Program-made: the position numbers and the translations under genes
NCBI GenBank assembly: GCA_964016885.1
Contig: OZ024743.1
Span: 20,832,001-20,896,000, forward strand
Direction: 5' to 3'
Source of the DNA: Eledone cirrhosa
Taxonomy: Eukaryota
Length of the DNA stretch: 64,000 bases
In this document: piece by piece, positions 1 to 12,070 of the stretch
How positions within the stretch are numbered: position 1 is the stretch's first letter
Layout of the letters: every line of letters starts with the position of its first letter
Notes under the pieces: model-generated
Told to the model about the DNA's origin: nothing
Seen by the model: only the letters and a program-made list of their open reading frames with translations
Database searches by the model: none

Positions 1-109
1 TTTTTCTTCACTCTGTTTTTTCCTCTAATAACTTCTATCCTCAGAACTAGCAAGCTTTAATACTACTTTCAGCCAAGCAGAGACAATCCAATTATCTTTC
101 CTACCTTAC

Positions 110-200
110 CAATAAACCCTGCAATTGCCCTGTCCTTCTTTCTTGGTACACACCACTTGCAGGTTTCTCCTTGTTCACATATTCAGTATAGAAATCAACT
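110..200. repeat. ~90 bp dispersed direct repeat, second copy at ~1697-1787
   Basis: aataaaccctgca(a)ttgccctgtccttctttcttggtacacaccacttgcaggtttctccttgttcacatattcagtatagaaatcaact is present at both places. Confidence 0.85.
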
Positions 201-315
201 CATGTATGTTCATCCCAAAGATTAACTATTTTTGCATGTTGGCATGGGCTAAATTTTTTATGTGTATGTGCGTGTGTGCATATACATGAGTTTGGATGTG
301 ACCACACATGTAAAC

Positions 316-399
316 TTGCATATCTGAAGAGGTGTCGATTAAGAGTCGGTACCTGATCAAACCCAAGCTGATCGATATTGAAACAGTTGTAATATGCAA
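316..399 (+). ncRNA. Type I hammerhead ribozyme, probably from a Penelope-like pLTR
   Basis: Stem I ttgcatat/atatgcaa; core CTGAAGA (324-330); stem II ggtgtcgatt/gatcgatatt; GAAAC-agtt-GTA; followed by AATAAA. Confidence 0.75.
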
Positions 400-430
400 T
401 AAAGTTTCATAAGCTGCAAATCAGACTTAT

Positions 431-436
431 TCTCTC

Positions 437-522
<86 letters not shown>
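431..522. repeat. (TC)n microsatellite followed by an (ATC)n LINE tail
   Basis: Seen directly. Confidence 0.95.
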
Positions 523-523
<1 letters not shown>

Positions 524-910
524 ACGTTTAACGTCCGTGTTCCACGCTTGCATGGGTTTGGACGGGGGTTTTCCCACTTGAGGCAAGAGTGATTATCTTG
601 CTTGCATAGGACTATCTGGCGGGTTTTCTACAGCTGGATGCCCTTCCTAACACCAACCACATTTACAGTGTGGGGCTGGGAGGTTTTTACCATGTTGCCT
701 ACATGGCCACATTATAGCATGGACTGTCTGGCGGGTTTTCTACAGCTGGATGCCCTTCCTAACACCAACCACATTTACAGTGTGGGTCTGGGAGGTTTTT
801 ACCGTGTTGCCTACACGGCCACATTACAGCGTGGACTGTGTGTTTTTTTGTTGTGACACCTACACGATCTCATTTGTTTCGGCCTGGATGTTGTGGCACC
901 AACATAACTT
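490..910 (-). mobile_element. RTE family A 3'UTR fragment with an internal ~112 bp tandem duplication
   Basis: Near-identical to the 3' end of the RTE at 33617-37305; (GAT)n tail on the element strand. Confidence 0.9.
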
Positions 911-2135
911 TTATATATATATATATATATTTATTTATTTATTGGTGATGATATATATATGTGTGTATATAAGATGACAGCTATTTAAGGAAGTGCAGAG
1001 CAGTCTCAGGGGGGGGGGGGGGCTTGTCAAAGAGGCAGACCCATGAAGACATGGGGTGAAGTAGTGGAAACTAGCAGAGCCTATGACAAAAGACCATGGA
1101 GATTGACAACATGCTGTACTGATAAAAACTTGCCTGCCATAAAATGTGACTCCATCTGATTCATCCATGTGCCGATCTTGCCACTATCATACTTTAGTGG
1201 CTATTTCCACTTCCTCTGTACATCCCCATTCAATTCATAGCTTCCTCTCCATTATCATCCTGTAGTAGCTACACTCACTATTAATTTGCTACACCACCCA
1301 TACGCCTCGATTATCATCATCCCTCTTAAATCCTAGAACCCACACTCTCCCCAGAATCACTCCTACTCCTCTAAAATTCTGACATACCAGTATTAATCCC
1401 TTTATAGTTCGTACTACCATGATATCAGAGGTCACCCCCACCCCACCTGCCTACTAAACACCTTGTCATATTCCCCCATCTCAATGCATTACACCTATTA
1501 CATACTTATCATCCTTCTTGTCAATCACTCTCATAGGGTAGAGAGGGTTCTTCAGTTGGTGCTGGTGCCAGGAAAAATTCCTCAGTACTCCCTGTAAGGT
1601 AGATGGTGATAGAAAGGGCAGTTTGCTGTAGAAACCGTGTCAAATAATGGTTGAGAGGGTTTCTCTAGTGTTGGTAATCTACATGATAAATGCACCAAAT
1701 AAACCCTGCATTGCCCTGTCCTTCTTTCTTGGTACACACCACTTGCAGGTTTCTCCTTGTTCACATATTCAGTATAGAAATCAACTCTATATATTTTTTA
1801 ATGGTATATATAACAACATAGTGATTGTTAGTTAAGAGATTAATTCTGAGTAGTTGAAGTACTGATGCCATGATAAGATACACCAAATACACTCTGAAAA
1901 GTGATTGGTATTAGAAAGATGATCAAGTTATAGGAATCACATTAAATATGAAACAAAAGCTAGACATAGTTTCAATGGTGTCTAGTCTCACAACATGATG
2001 TAAAGCTGATGTAAAATGATAATACATAATAAATTTCAATCACAAGACACTGGTTAACTCCAGGCCTGCCTAAAGTGCCAGATAGTAGGGCTGAACACAA
2101 AATCCTTATGAAGTAGAATCCTTTACCACATAGCT

Positions 2136-2769
2136 TGCAACCAAGCACATACCCTCCATCAGACACCTACCATACTCTGAACGCCTTGCTTCCCTGGGCA
2201 TGGATTCATTGAAGCTCCGACGTCTGGTAATGGACTTGGTGAATACCCACAAAGTTATTAACCATCTCGCCAACAACAACCCTGAGCACCTTTTTGATCT
2301 CCATGTGTCTAACACACGTGGACATGCCTACAAAATCAGAAAACAGCACAGCTCCCATGACTTTCGTAGACATTTTTTCACGCTCAGAGTTGCTGAAGCA
2401 TGGAACAAACTGCCTGCGTCAGTTGTTAGCTGCCGAGACACTGCATCCTTTAAGACACTCATGCTTCCCAAAATACGCCAAAACTACACCTGATGTACCC
2501 CTTCCATACACATGCACACGTGTGTATCATGACTCATGCACTGTTCATTTTACTGATGTTTGTGCATTGCCCTATGTACTGTACATGCACTTTTTGATGA
2601 GTTGTGGTGCACCTGGGCACTGTACACAATATATCATTATTATTATTGTTGTTGTTATTATATCATGACTCATACACTGTCCATTTTCCTGACATTTGTA
2701 CATTATTCTATGTACTATACATGCACCTTTGATGAGTTGTAGTGCACCTGAGCACTGTACACAATAATT

Positions 2770-2793
<24 letters not shown>
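2136..2793 (+). mobile_element. 5'-truncated CR1/L2-like LINE 3' end; last ~130 bp of the 3'UTR duplicated; (ATT)n tail
   Basis: ORF 2200-2493 ...TRGHAYKIRKQHS...FFTLRVAEAWNKLPASVV is the typical CR1-group ORF2 C-terminus; the same family recurs at 9220, 11605 and 43400. Confidence 0.85.
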
Positions 2794-2829
<36 letters not shown>

Positions 2830-2834
<5 letters not shown>

Positions 2835-3472
2835 AGAATAGAAATGGCTGTGTGGTTGCTATTTAAGGTAAGTTAAAATGCAGTGAGAATACAGAGAAAG
2901 CAAGAACAGGGGGAGGGGGGGGGTCCTCATCAGTTGTCTACTGGGGGTCTAGGATATTTCTACGCTTTAAAGACAAGATATCACTACACACCAGGGCGTC
3001 AATAACTGGATAAGTTATTGGGAAACGAAGGAAGGAGGGAAGGAAAGCAAAGGGGAAGAAAAGAGAAACAGTAACAAAACACCGAAAAACACACAAACCG
3101 AGCAATGTGCGAACAACTATAGGTAGGAAATCCAAGACCACTCGATAATAGAACTTAAGTTCGAGATCGAGTAATCGAGAGAAAAGACACACGTCTGATC
3201 ACCGGAGTTGTAAGTGAAAAGAGAACTGCTAAACGGTCAGACGAGTGGGTGAAAGTGAGAGGGAGAAAAGGAGAGGAAGAAAGTGGGGTAAGAGTAGATA
3301 GGGAGAGAGGGAGGGGTGAGAGTAGAAAGTGGCGAAATAGGTAGGTAGAAGGAGAGAGAAGAATGGTCACAGTGAAAAACATGATGAAATATATGGAGAA
3401 TAGAAATGGTTGTGTAGTTGCTATTTAAGGTAACTTAAAATGCAGTGGGAATATGAAGAAAGCAAGAACAGT
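2830..3472 (-). mobile_element. Unclassified element bounded by ~80 bp direct repeats (2830-2912, 3391-3472), abutting (TA)n, with a truncated hammerhead half-core
   Basis: atggagaatagaaatgg...gcaagaacag occurs twice; CTGATGAG on the - strand at ~2925-2932 has no GAAAC partner. Confidence 0.45.
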
Positions 3473-3722
3473 GGGATGGGGATATATATGTGCGTGTGTG
3501 TGAAAAGTAAATGGCAAAACAACACAGAGCTACAATACAGTACAATGTAGATAGATATATATATATAAATATTAATTTAGTGCTTGATATAGCAGGAAAA
3601 GAGTCTTAGCATTTTAGACATTAGTTTTTCATCAGAAAATACAATGAGATATAGAAGAAGTCATGAACAAAAAATCTTTTGCACGTGTTTGTTTAGTCAG
3701 CCATCAGCCACGATACATATGT

Positions 3723-4060
3723 GGAGGCACATGGCTTAGTGGTTAGAGCATTGGCCTTGCAATCGAAAGGTTGTGAGTTCAATTCTCAGACCGGGTGATG
3801 TGTTGTTTCCTTGAGCAAGACACTTTATTTCACATTGCTCCAGTTTACTCAGCTGTAGAAATGAGATGATAGGGACTGGGGTCCCTATCATTCCACTGCA
3901 AAGTGGTCGTGTAGGTGCCATGGGAAAAAAGCACCCATCACTCACTGTAAATGAGATTGGTGTTAGGAAGGGCATCCAGCTGTAGAAATCAAGCTAGAAT
4001 CAGTTCCCGTCCCACCCTTGCAAGCAGAGAAAAGCGGACGTAAAATGATGATGATGATGA
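3723..4060 (+). mobile_element. tRNA-derived SINE with a CORE-like centre and an RTE-derived 3' tail
   Basis: A box TGGCTTAGTGG, B box GAGTTCAATTC, ccttgagcaagacactt; 3' part matches the RTE family B 3'UTR; (GAT)n tail; second copy at 11721. Confidence 0.88.
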
Positions 4061-4069
4061 ATGAAAATT

Positions 4070-4278
4070 CAATATAGAAAAGGCTTCTACAGGGCTAGAA
4101 TTATTTCATTTGTATCAAATCATCAGGAAAGTCTTGATGATTTCATAGGAATGAAACAGTCTCAGTCCTGTTGAAGCCATTTCTATATTAAATTTTTGTT
4201 GTTGTTCTCACTTTACTTGTGTATTGAGAACCTTGCTTACTGTGTGGTTATCCATAATTTCACTCAGAATCTATATAT
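4070..4278 (+). mobile_element. Degenerate fold-back pLTR fragment with inverted hammerhead motifs plus a one-sided tail
   Basis: Inverted arms ~4071-4130 and ~4135-4190; (T)TGATGA..GAAACAG..CTGT; tail tgtattgagaaccttgcttactgt is homologous to the reverse complement of 56965-57035. Confidence 0.6.
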
Positions 4279-5461
4279 ATTGTTTAGCATCCTTTTGAAA
4301 TTTTTCTCTGTTATAACACCCATATTTTCAAATATCTCCCTGTCTGGTTAGTGCAATATAGAAATGTCTAGCTATTATCTTCACTACATACTGAAATGTT
4401 CTCACAACCCTCTTCCAGTGTTATAAAATTTAATAGGTAATAAAAGAATATCACTTGTGTCTGATTATATTAAACAAAAAATAGCTAATAACAATCTAAA
4501 GTAAGAAAAATGATATCACACAAAACTTTACTTGATAGCAAAAATTATATATAAACACTAGAGTGTTTGCTGTCATATAATATATAATGTCGGAAATATA
4601 CTTTTTACCAGCATGGCTAATAACATGTAATTTAATATAGATAAAATAATTATAATTTACCATTTTCAAATTTTATTTCAAAATAATGAAATGAATATTA
4701 ATTTTCAAACTAAAGATATTGAATGAACATTAAATAAAATAAAATAAAAAAATCTCATTTGTATATTTGCAACAAATATGTTATCAATTGTTAAATTATG
4801 TATTATGGAGGCAACATCATCATCTTCAGCAGTGCCATTTTACATCTATTTTCCATGCATGCATTAGTTAGACAGGTTGTTATGCTCTAAATCAGGTCAG
4901 ACAATTGTGTCTTGCTCGTACTTTTCATTTTGGTATCATTTCTACAGCTGGATGTCCTTCTTTACACCAACCACTTCATGGCTCTGCCTCAAACACTTGA
5001 CAGGGTAGATTGGATGCTTTTTACATGGTATTAGCACTATCACTTTACAGTATGGGCCGTGTGCATTTTAGCACTAAGTAGTATTTGTAGTGATCATCAC
5101 TTGGATGGGCGTGATTGTTTGTTTTAGCATGAAATATCAAACTTTGGCATGATATTTGTCAGTGATAGTTTTAAAACTTTCAGCAATATTTCTTCTTTAT
5201 TGTTGTTAAAAAGACAGTTAGAGTGTTATAAATTAGTTAGATATCTGTTTGGGGGTCTCTGCATTCTGAGTCTAAATCCCAACAAGGCCCTCTTTGCCTT
5301 TCATCCTTCCAGCTGTCAAATCCTGGATGTTCCATTGGATCAAAAGAAAGAGAGTCAAGTGGGTATCTGTATCTTTTTGTGACTGCACAAGAACCTAGAA
5401 CTCTTAGCAAAAACATTGTACATACTACCATGTCATACATGTCATGACAAGTGATGGATGT

Positions 5462-6400
5462 AGTAGTTGTTAAAGCTGAAAATGCAACTTCACAGAAATA
5501 CGTTAAAGAAATTAGTAGAAAAGATATCATTGTTAATTCAGATAGTATTTGAAATTCTCATAACATATTCATCCAAGAAGCACTCTGTTTGTTTTCAAAA
5601 GTTTGAAATTCTAATTGCATGACAGCTAAGCAAATTAATCTTGAGTCTTTAAAGAAACATCTTTCACTTGTTCCTTTGCTACAGTGACTGAGATTTGGAC
5701 TCAATCTAATTTAAAATTGTGAAAAGGATTGCATAACTCTTTTCCATACATGTATTGTTATGATCTGTTTAATCTAAATAAAAGTTGAATTATTTTCACA
5801 GAAAAAATAACATCAGTACCTAAGAACGTTTTAAGGTTATCATTTTGTAATACATCATTATATAGGTTTATTTTGTTAATTGGTGCTTTAATTTTAGCTG
5901 ACAATGAAAAAGTAATTGTGTTTGACCCCTGCAGAGACATGTTCCTTTAGCTTGTCAAACATTTCTGACAAGTAGCATAATTTGCACAGTCAATTCTTAT
6001 GAAATTATTCTACAATATTCTAGATCTGATAAAAACTACATTACTTCATTTTTTAAAACCTACTGGATGTCTCAGTCTTTTACCAATTTTTGCATTTCTA
6101 TATGCAGTAAATTTTTGCTGAACCAAGATACCAAACCCTGGCGTAGATTTTCAGATAGATAGCTATTCTCTATTACCACATTTATCTCTGAAGAGTTTTT
6201 TTTTAGCATTAATAGTTTTTGATGAATCATCCAGTGTGTATGCTAGCTAGAGATCCTACTTCTATGATTACTGATGTGGTATTGGCACATACATCAGCAC
6301 AATTATTACATACAAGATTTGTTAAAAAGCAGTCTTTTATGATGAAAACCCTTTTATGTCCAACTAATTGTAAACAAAACAGTATGTCCCTATGTCTAAT
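5462..6400 (-). pseudogene. hAT (Buster/Charlie, ZBED5-like) transposase fossil
   Basis: - strand fragments in the correct order: DILFCLQL, NCADVC, HTHWMIHQKLL (~HCIIHREAL), LLHIE, LCKLCYLSEMFDKL, MSLQGSNTITFSLSAKIKA, EFQILSE...LTYFCEVAFSALT (hAT dimerisation motif); many stops and frameshifts. Confidence 0.78.
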
Positions 6401-7689
6401 AAATATTCTTTATAACTATAGTTCTTAAACTAAAGGGGGAGGTAAAAGGTTATTTGGGATCAGAGAACTTTCCTGGAGAATACTAAAGTTTGTTCACTTT
6501 CATTGCAAGAAAATTTACCTATAAAATTTAAAATGTACCGTGTTCAAGAATAGAACAACAGTTAAATAGACTGTCCTTGTTTAACTTTTAATCAATACTC
6601 ATATTTTACACTGAACGTGCTAGTATCTAATGGTTATCATATATTTGAGAAACCTTTGTTGAATATACAACCTAACATTTAGAAATAATATTTTTCTACA
6701 TTTTATTATCAATACATATTTTTGTAAGTTTAGTGTAACAAACTTTTGGTTTTATAATGATTTATGATATATTTGATTTTATGTGTTTTGGCACACTGAA
6801 ATAATGTGCTCTTAGGGTCAAGAGATAATATAAAAACCTGCCTTAAACAAAACAAATTCATATCTGTGCCTCTTAAAAGTTTGCATAACTACTGTTATTT
6901 TCTTTAACTCATTGAACATTTAAAGCATTAATGTAAATATGTGGTGGTGGTGTGGTATTGTATTTTATTTGTCTTAAATTGATGTGATCATGATGTTGAG
7001 AACTATAGTAGGCCAGCTGATTGCTGATTGAAAAGGATCTTCATTTGCTCTTCATGAAGCTATGATATTGCTTTATTTTCATTGTCTTGTTGGTAGCTAT
7101 TGAATATGTTAGTGCTGTAATTCCTTGAAGTCAAGGTTTTTTTTTACATGTGTTTATGTTATCAGGCTCTTTGATTTGTGAAGTCTGAATAACTTTTTTA
7201 TTGTTTCATTTATTTGTTATGGATGGAAGAATATCAGGTGATGAAGAAATAGGATGGTGCATGTGTCATTTTATGATTCTGTCAGTTTAACATTTATTTA
7301 TTTATTTATTTATTTGTAGTGGGTAACTGATCATTGTCTTTGATGGCATCATCATATATGAGTTGGTCTGTTGATTGTTGCCATTGATCATGCTCTCTAA
7401 TATAATTGCAGAATCTGAGAGGTAATTAATTAGACTAGAACTGTAAGAGGAGATAATTAGACTCAAAGTAAGCTTTTATAACCTTGAAGATAGAATTTAA
7501 TTAGCAGCTCTTCAAAGACCACACTTTATACCCCTCGTTGTTAAACATTGCTAATTTTTACAGTTGAAACTACTATATGATATTTTTATATTTTTATATT
7601 ACAATTATATCTTGGAAACAGAATTCATTATACATGTAATTTTCCATTTAACTCAAGTCCTTGTAATAACTGATTTTCCAACATGGAGT

Positions 7690-8650
7690 TTTTAGAAAAT
7701 TTACTATTGCTTTGAATCAAAATTATTACTTGTTTTAGAAATGCATTTTTCATAAGGGAAAATATTACAAAAATGATATTGCTGTAAACTTAAATTGATA
7801 ACTTTAACAATATTGGATATTTCTTGGAGAACAAAGGAAGGAGAATGCTCTGATAACACAATTCATATTATTCTTTAAAATTAACAGTGGTGAAAATTTT
7901 CTTGCTGAACTAGTCACATTGTTAGATACTTAATGGAATCAGAATAATGTAATCTTTGTTGCTATTCACAAATATTGTTAATAAATTGTGTAGTTAAGTG
8001 TACAGTATTGTTTACAGAAGAATAAAAGATTGAAAAGAGATGAATAGATTAATTAAAAGCAGTGTAAATACCAAAACAGCTCTAATATTCCATCAATCAA
8101 TTTCAGAATATTTTGTTAACTTTTGAATATCACATAAATGAGGTGAAAACTTAGTAGCTATGTAACTAAGATGCCAAAGTTTTATATAAGAAAGCACTAT
8201 GCATTTAGAAAAAGCAGAAGATCAATCATATTTGAAGAACAAGGAGTTGAATATATAAGGTCACTTGATATATCTATCAAAAGTAGTTCATAAACAAGAG
8301 CTTCAGCATTCATATAAAGTATGTCATATATTACCTGCAAACAACACAGTTCAATGATTTAGAAACTTTAAAATTGAAAAACAAAATGGAATATGAATAC
8401 ATTTTATGCAATTATTATTTGAAAATGAAATATCTAAAACTGAAAAACAATAAATTTAAGAGCATATTGAATTTTAAATAAATCTTAGCTTAGATGAAGT
8501 AAAATACCTTAAAAATAAAACTGACATTTATTCAGTTATTAATGGGATGTCTGGTTTTATACCACAGACTCTCCAAAAATAGATTTTATCGTTCAACATC
8601 ATATATGCCAAGAAAGGCTTTAAGAATGTTGTTTATGTAGAGCATTGTAT
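7690..8650 (+). pseudogene. Possible second, highly decayed hAT (GTF2IRD2/EPM2AIP1-like) transposase remnant
   Basis: Scattered motifs FTIALN, KEMNRLIKSSVN, QFQNIL, KALRML in a plausible order; weak. Confidence 0.3.
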
Positions 8651-9219
8651 CCTATTCAGATTGGTTACTTAAGTGCTTTTCTTTGTATTTATATGAGTTA
8701 GTGCATTATTTAGAAAACAAACTAGCCCATTGATTCAAGATGAGGATCCCAGTTAATAACAGTATATGCAACGCAGGATCTGATGCATTAACTCTTGGCA
8801 TATTTACAGATCTTGATGCATCTTAGCATGCTAATTTTAAGTAACAGCTCTGATGTACAATTTCTTTCTGAAGTTCATTGAACTGAAAACTTTCTTAATA
8901 AGATTATGTTGAGAGAAAAGAACAGTTTGAAAAACAGCTATAGCTTAAATGTTAACATTTCACACAGTCTTCAACTATTATTCATTAAGTGAAAATATGT
9001 TTTAAAAATAATTCAAAATGGTATAAAGGATCATTTGAAGATTGGTGTCTTTTGTGTATTTAGTTTTGATATTTGAAATAACTCAAACAAGCAGTAGGAA
9101 GTAGATAAATCACTTTGACATTTGTATTTTCTAATATTAGGATAGATAAATAAATGTATGCCCCACCTATTGATACTGAGCTAATAGATTCATGGTTTTC
9201 TCTGATAAAATTCTATTAT

Positions 9220-10040
9220 AATAATAATGAAATTATTGTGTACAGAGCTCAGGTGCACTACAACTCATCAAAGGTACATGTATAGTACATAGAATAATGT
9301 ACAAATGTCAGGAAAGTGAACAGTGTATGAGTTAAGATATACATGTGTGCGTGTGTATGGAGGGGGAATATTAGGTGTAGTGTTGGCGAATTTCAGGAAG
9401 CATGGAGGTTTTACAGGATGCAGTGTCTCAGCAGCTAACACTGGATGCAGATAGTTTGTACCATGCTTCAGCAACTCTGAGCATGAAAAAATGTTTCTGA
9501 AAGTCATGGGAGCTGTGCTGTTTTCTGACTTTGTAGGCATAGGGTGAAGAATGTTGTCTTAGAACCATGACTACTTCTTTTCGACTGAGAATGAAGGACT
9601 TCAACCAGTTAAAAAGATCATCTCTCACACCAATTGCAGAGAGTTTTGCCATAAGTCTTTTGTGTGGCACAGAATTGAAAGCCTTAGCAAAGTCAAGATA
9701 AACAACATCCACCCATGAACCACAATCAATGATCAGGGTAATGTTTTCAAGTAGAAGTGTTGACATGGTCATACATATATTGCAGAAAAATAATTCCTGT
9801 TATGATTGGTTCTAATCAATGCAAGGAATTTCTGAAAAGTTTGAACAAACGTAGACCATGACACTACCACCACAACGATTAATGTGGTCTTTGTGAAATA
9901 AGTTGTAACCAGCAATGCTGAAAACCCCATCACAAAATAAAGAATGTGCCCATGTTCAGTACATTTGACGTAAGAATCCAAAAGATGTATCTTGTTGCAT
10001 AAACTACGAGCATTTAAGGACAACAATTTGTACATTGATT
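9220..10040 (-). mobile_element. Internally deleted CR1/L2-like LINE
   Basis: APE N-terminus LLSLNARSLCNK (9769-10035); RT VDVVYLDFAKAFNSVPH fused directly to the C-terminal AYKVRKQHSSHDF; 3'UTR with (ATT)n. Confidence 0.82.
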
Positions 10041-10187
10041 TCAGTTTACAATGGTGTGTAGGGGACGGCAGGTTCTGATTTAGTTTTCCACAGTTTTGAC
10101 ATTGCCAACTATTGTGGGTGGAATGTGCTCAGACCAGCTGCTATCTCTTTTCCATGTTTCACCAGCCTTAATAAACTTCCATATCAA

Positions 10188-11075
10188 CATCATCATCATC
10201 GTTTAACGTTCATCTTCCATGCTAGCATGGGCTAGACGGTTTTGTTCCATTGATGCGGGAATGGTCGGGAGATCATGTCTCGCTCACATGGAAGCGTTTT
10301 TTTTACAGCTGGATGCCCTTCCTAACACCAACCACATTTACAGTGTGGACTGGGAGCCTTTTCACCATGTCTCCTACATGGCCACCTTAGAGCGTGGACT
10401 GTTGTGTCATTGACACGTTGGATGGAACGGGAGAGGGAGGATGGGGTAGCGTGTGGTGGTGGGGTGTACATTGAGTTAAGAGGTGCCTACTGACTAGGTT
10501 TGTATGCAATGGTAGTCGGGTCTTCTTTTCAATTGCATGGCACCAAAGGTCTCGATCTAGTGCCATTGTCTAGTGTCATTGTCTTAGAGAGGTGTAGGTG
10601 GGCAAGGTCAGTTTTTGTCACCTCGTCCCAGGTTTTTCTTGGTCTACCCACTCCGCAGCTTCCATCAATTTTCATTGCCCTGCACTTTTTTATACAGCTG
10701 TCGTCCTTCATCCGCATCACCTTCTCCAGAACACGAGATTTGATACCTCTTATACTTAGTCTCCCTCTTAGTTCGTTTATGCTTTGCCTTTCGTGCACAT
10801 TACTGTTACACATCCATCGGAGCATGCAAGCTTCATTCCTTTCTAATCGACACTGGTCTTCAACACACAATGCCCAAGTCTCACTACCATGTAATATCGC
10901 CATTCGTATCCATGCATCATACAATTTGCCTTTCATTTTTAGAGAAAAACCCCTTGTGGCCAACAGCAGTATTAGCTCTCTGAACTTTTTCCATCCCGTT
11001 CTAATTCTGGCTACTACACTTTCATAGCACTCTCCTCCACTGCTGATTTTTCACCCAGGTAACGGAAGGTGTCTA
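10188..11075 (-). mobile_element. 5'-truncated, diverged RTE LINE
   Basis: ORF 10529-10963 is homologous to the RTE C-terminus (LHGSETWAL...GRPRKTW); (GAT)n tail. Confidence 0.9.
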
Positions 11076-11191
11076 CATGTCCTACCAAAATTAATCTCCT
11101 AAAACCATTCTTCAAAATGGAAATAATAAATATTTATGTATGTTTTCTCTTTGAATGTTTTCAAGTTTATCAAAATAGTACAAACTTTGTT

Positions 11192-11310
11192 AAATAATTG
11201 TTTCTACTTTAGGCACAAGGCCAGCAAATTACCCAGTACATTACTGGTACTTTATTTTATCGACCCCGTAAGGATGAAAGGCAAAGTTAACCTCGGCGGG
11301 ATTAACTTTG
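11192..11310 (-). mobile_element. Nin-domain SINE, 3' part
   Basis: Reverse complement of gaggttaactttgcctttcatccttacggggtcgataaaataaagtacc. Confidence 0.8.
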
Positions 11311-11391
11311 TTAAATAATACCTCTAATTGTGAAGCTTTTATTTTATATTGTGTTTTTGTACATAATGGAAAATAATATATTTCATTATAG

Positions 11392-11545
11392 GTCCTGGTT
11401 GTACTGATGAAGCTGAACCAATTGCAGCCATTAGCAAACACTTTAACATGATAATTGTCAGCTATAGTGCTGGTGCTGCTTCTCTAAATAACAAGCAGAA
11501 GTACCCCTATTTTTTCCGAACAGTACCCCACATCAATTATTATAG
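11392..11545 (+). CDS. Internal exon, Venus-flytrap/ANF-receptor ligand-binding domain; Venus Kinase Receptor-like
   Basis: tttcattatag|...|gtaagt; 154 nt, phase 1 to 2; GPGCTDEAEPIAAISKHFNMIIVSYSAGAASLNNKQKYPYFFRTVPHINYY. Confidence 0.88.
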
Positions 11546-11604
11546 GTAAGTAAACTGATCAACTTCAGTAGACTTTTCAGATTGTTTTGCATTCTTCTTA
11601 TCAT

Positions 11605-11720
11605 TATCATGCACTGTTCATTTTCATGACGTTTGTACATTACCCTATGTACTATACATACACTTTTGATGAGTTGTAGTGCACCTGAGTACTTTACACA
11701 ATATTTTCATTATTATTATT
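11605..11720 (+). mobile_element. CR1/L2-like 3'UTR tip with (ATT)n tail
   Basis: Matches 2525-2650. Confidence 0.8.
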
Positions 11721-12070
11721 GGAGGCACATGGCTTAGTGGTTAGAGCATTGGCATTGCAATTGAAAGGTTGTGAGTTCAATTCTCAGACCGGGTGATGTG
11801 TTGTTTCCTTGAGCAAGACACTTTATTTCACATTGCTCCAGTTTACTCAGCTGTAGAAATGAGATGATAGGGATTGGGGTCCCTATCATTCCACTGCAAA
11901 AGTGGTCGTGGAGGTGTCACGGCAAAAAAGCACCCAGCACTCACTGTAAACGAGGTTAATGTTAGGAAGGGCATCCAGATGTAGAAATCAAGCCAGAATC
12001 AGTTCCCGTCCCATCCTTGCAAGCAGGGAAAAGTGGATGTAAAATGAAATGATGATGATGGTGATGATTA
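11721..12070 (+). mobile_element. tRNA-derived SINE with RTE tail, second copy
   Basis: Near-identical to 3723-4060; sits directly on the (ATT)n tail of the CR1 fragment. Confidence 0.88.

Noticed and set aside
3620-3640. CTGATGA on the - strand as a hammerhead
   Set aside because: No matching GAAA half or stems were found
3723-3795. tRNA gene
   Set aside because: The A/B boxes continue into a SINE body and LINE tail, and the sequence is repeated at 11721
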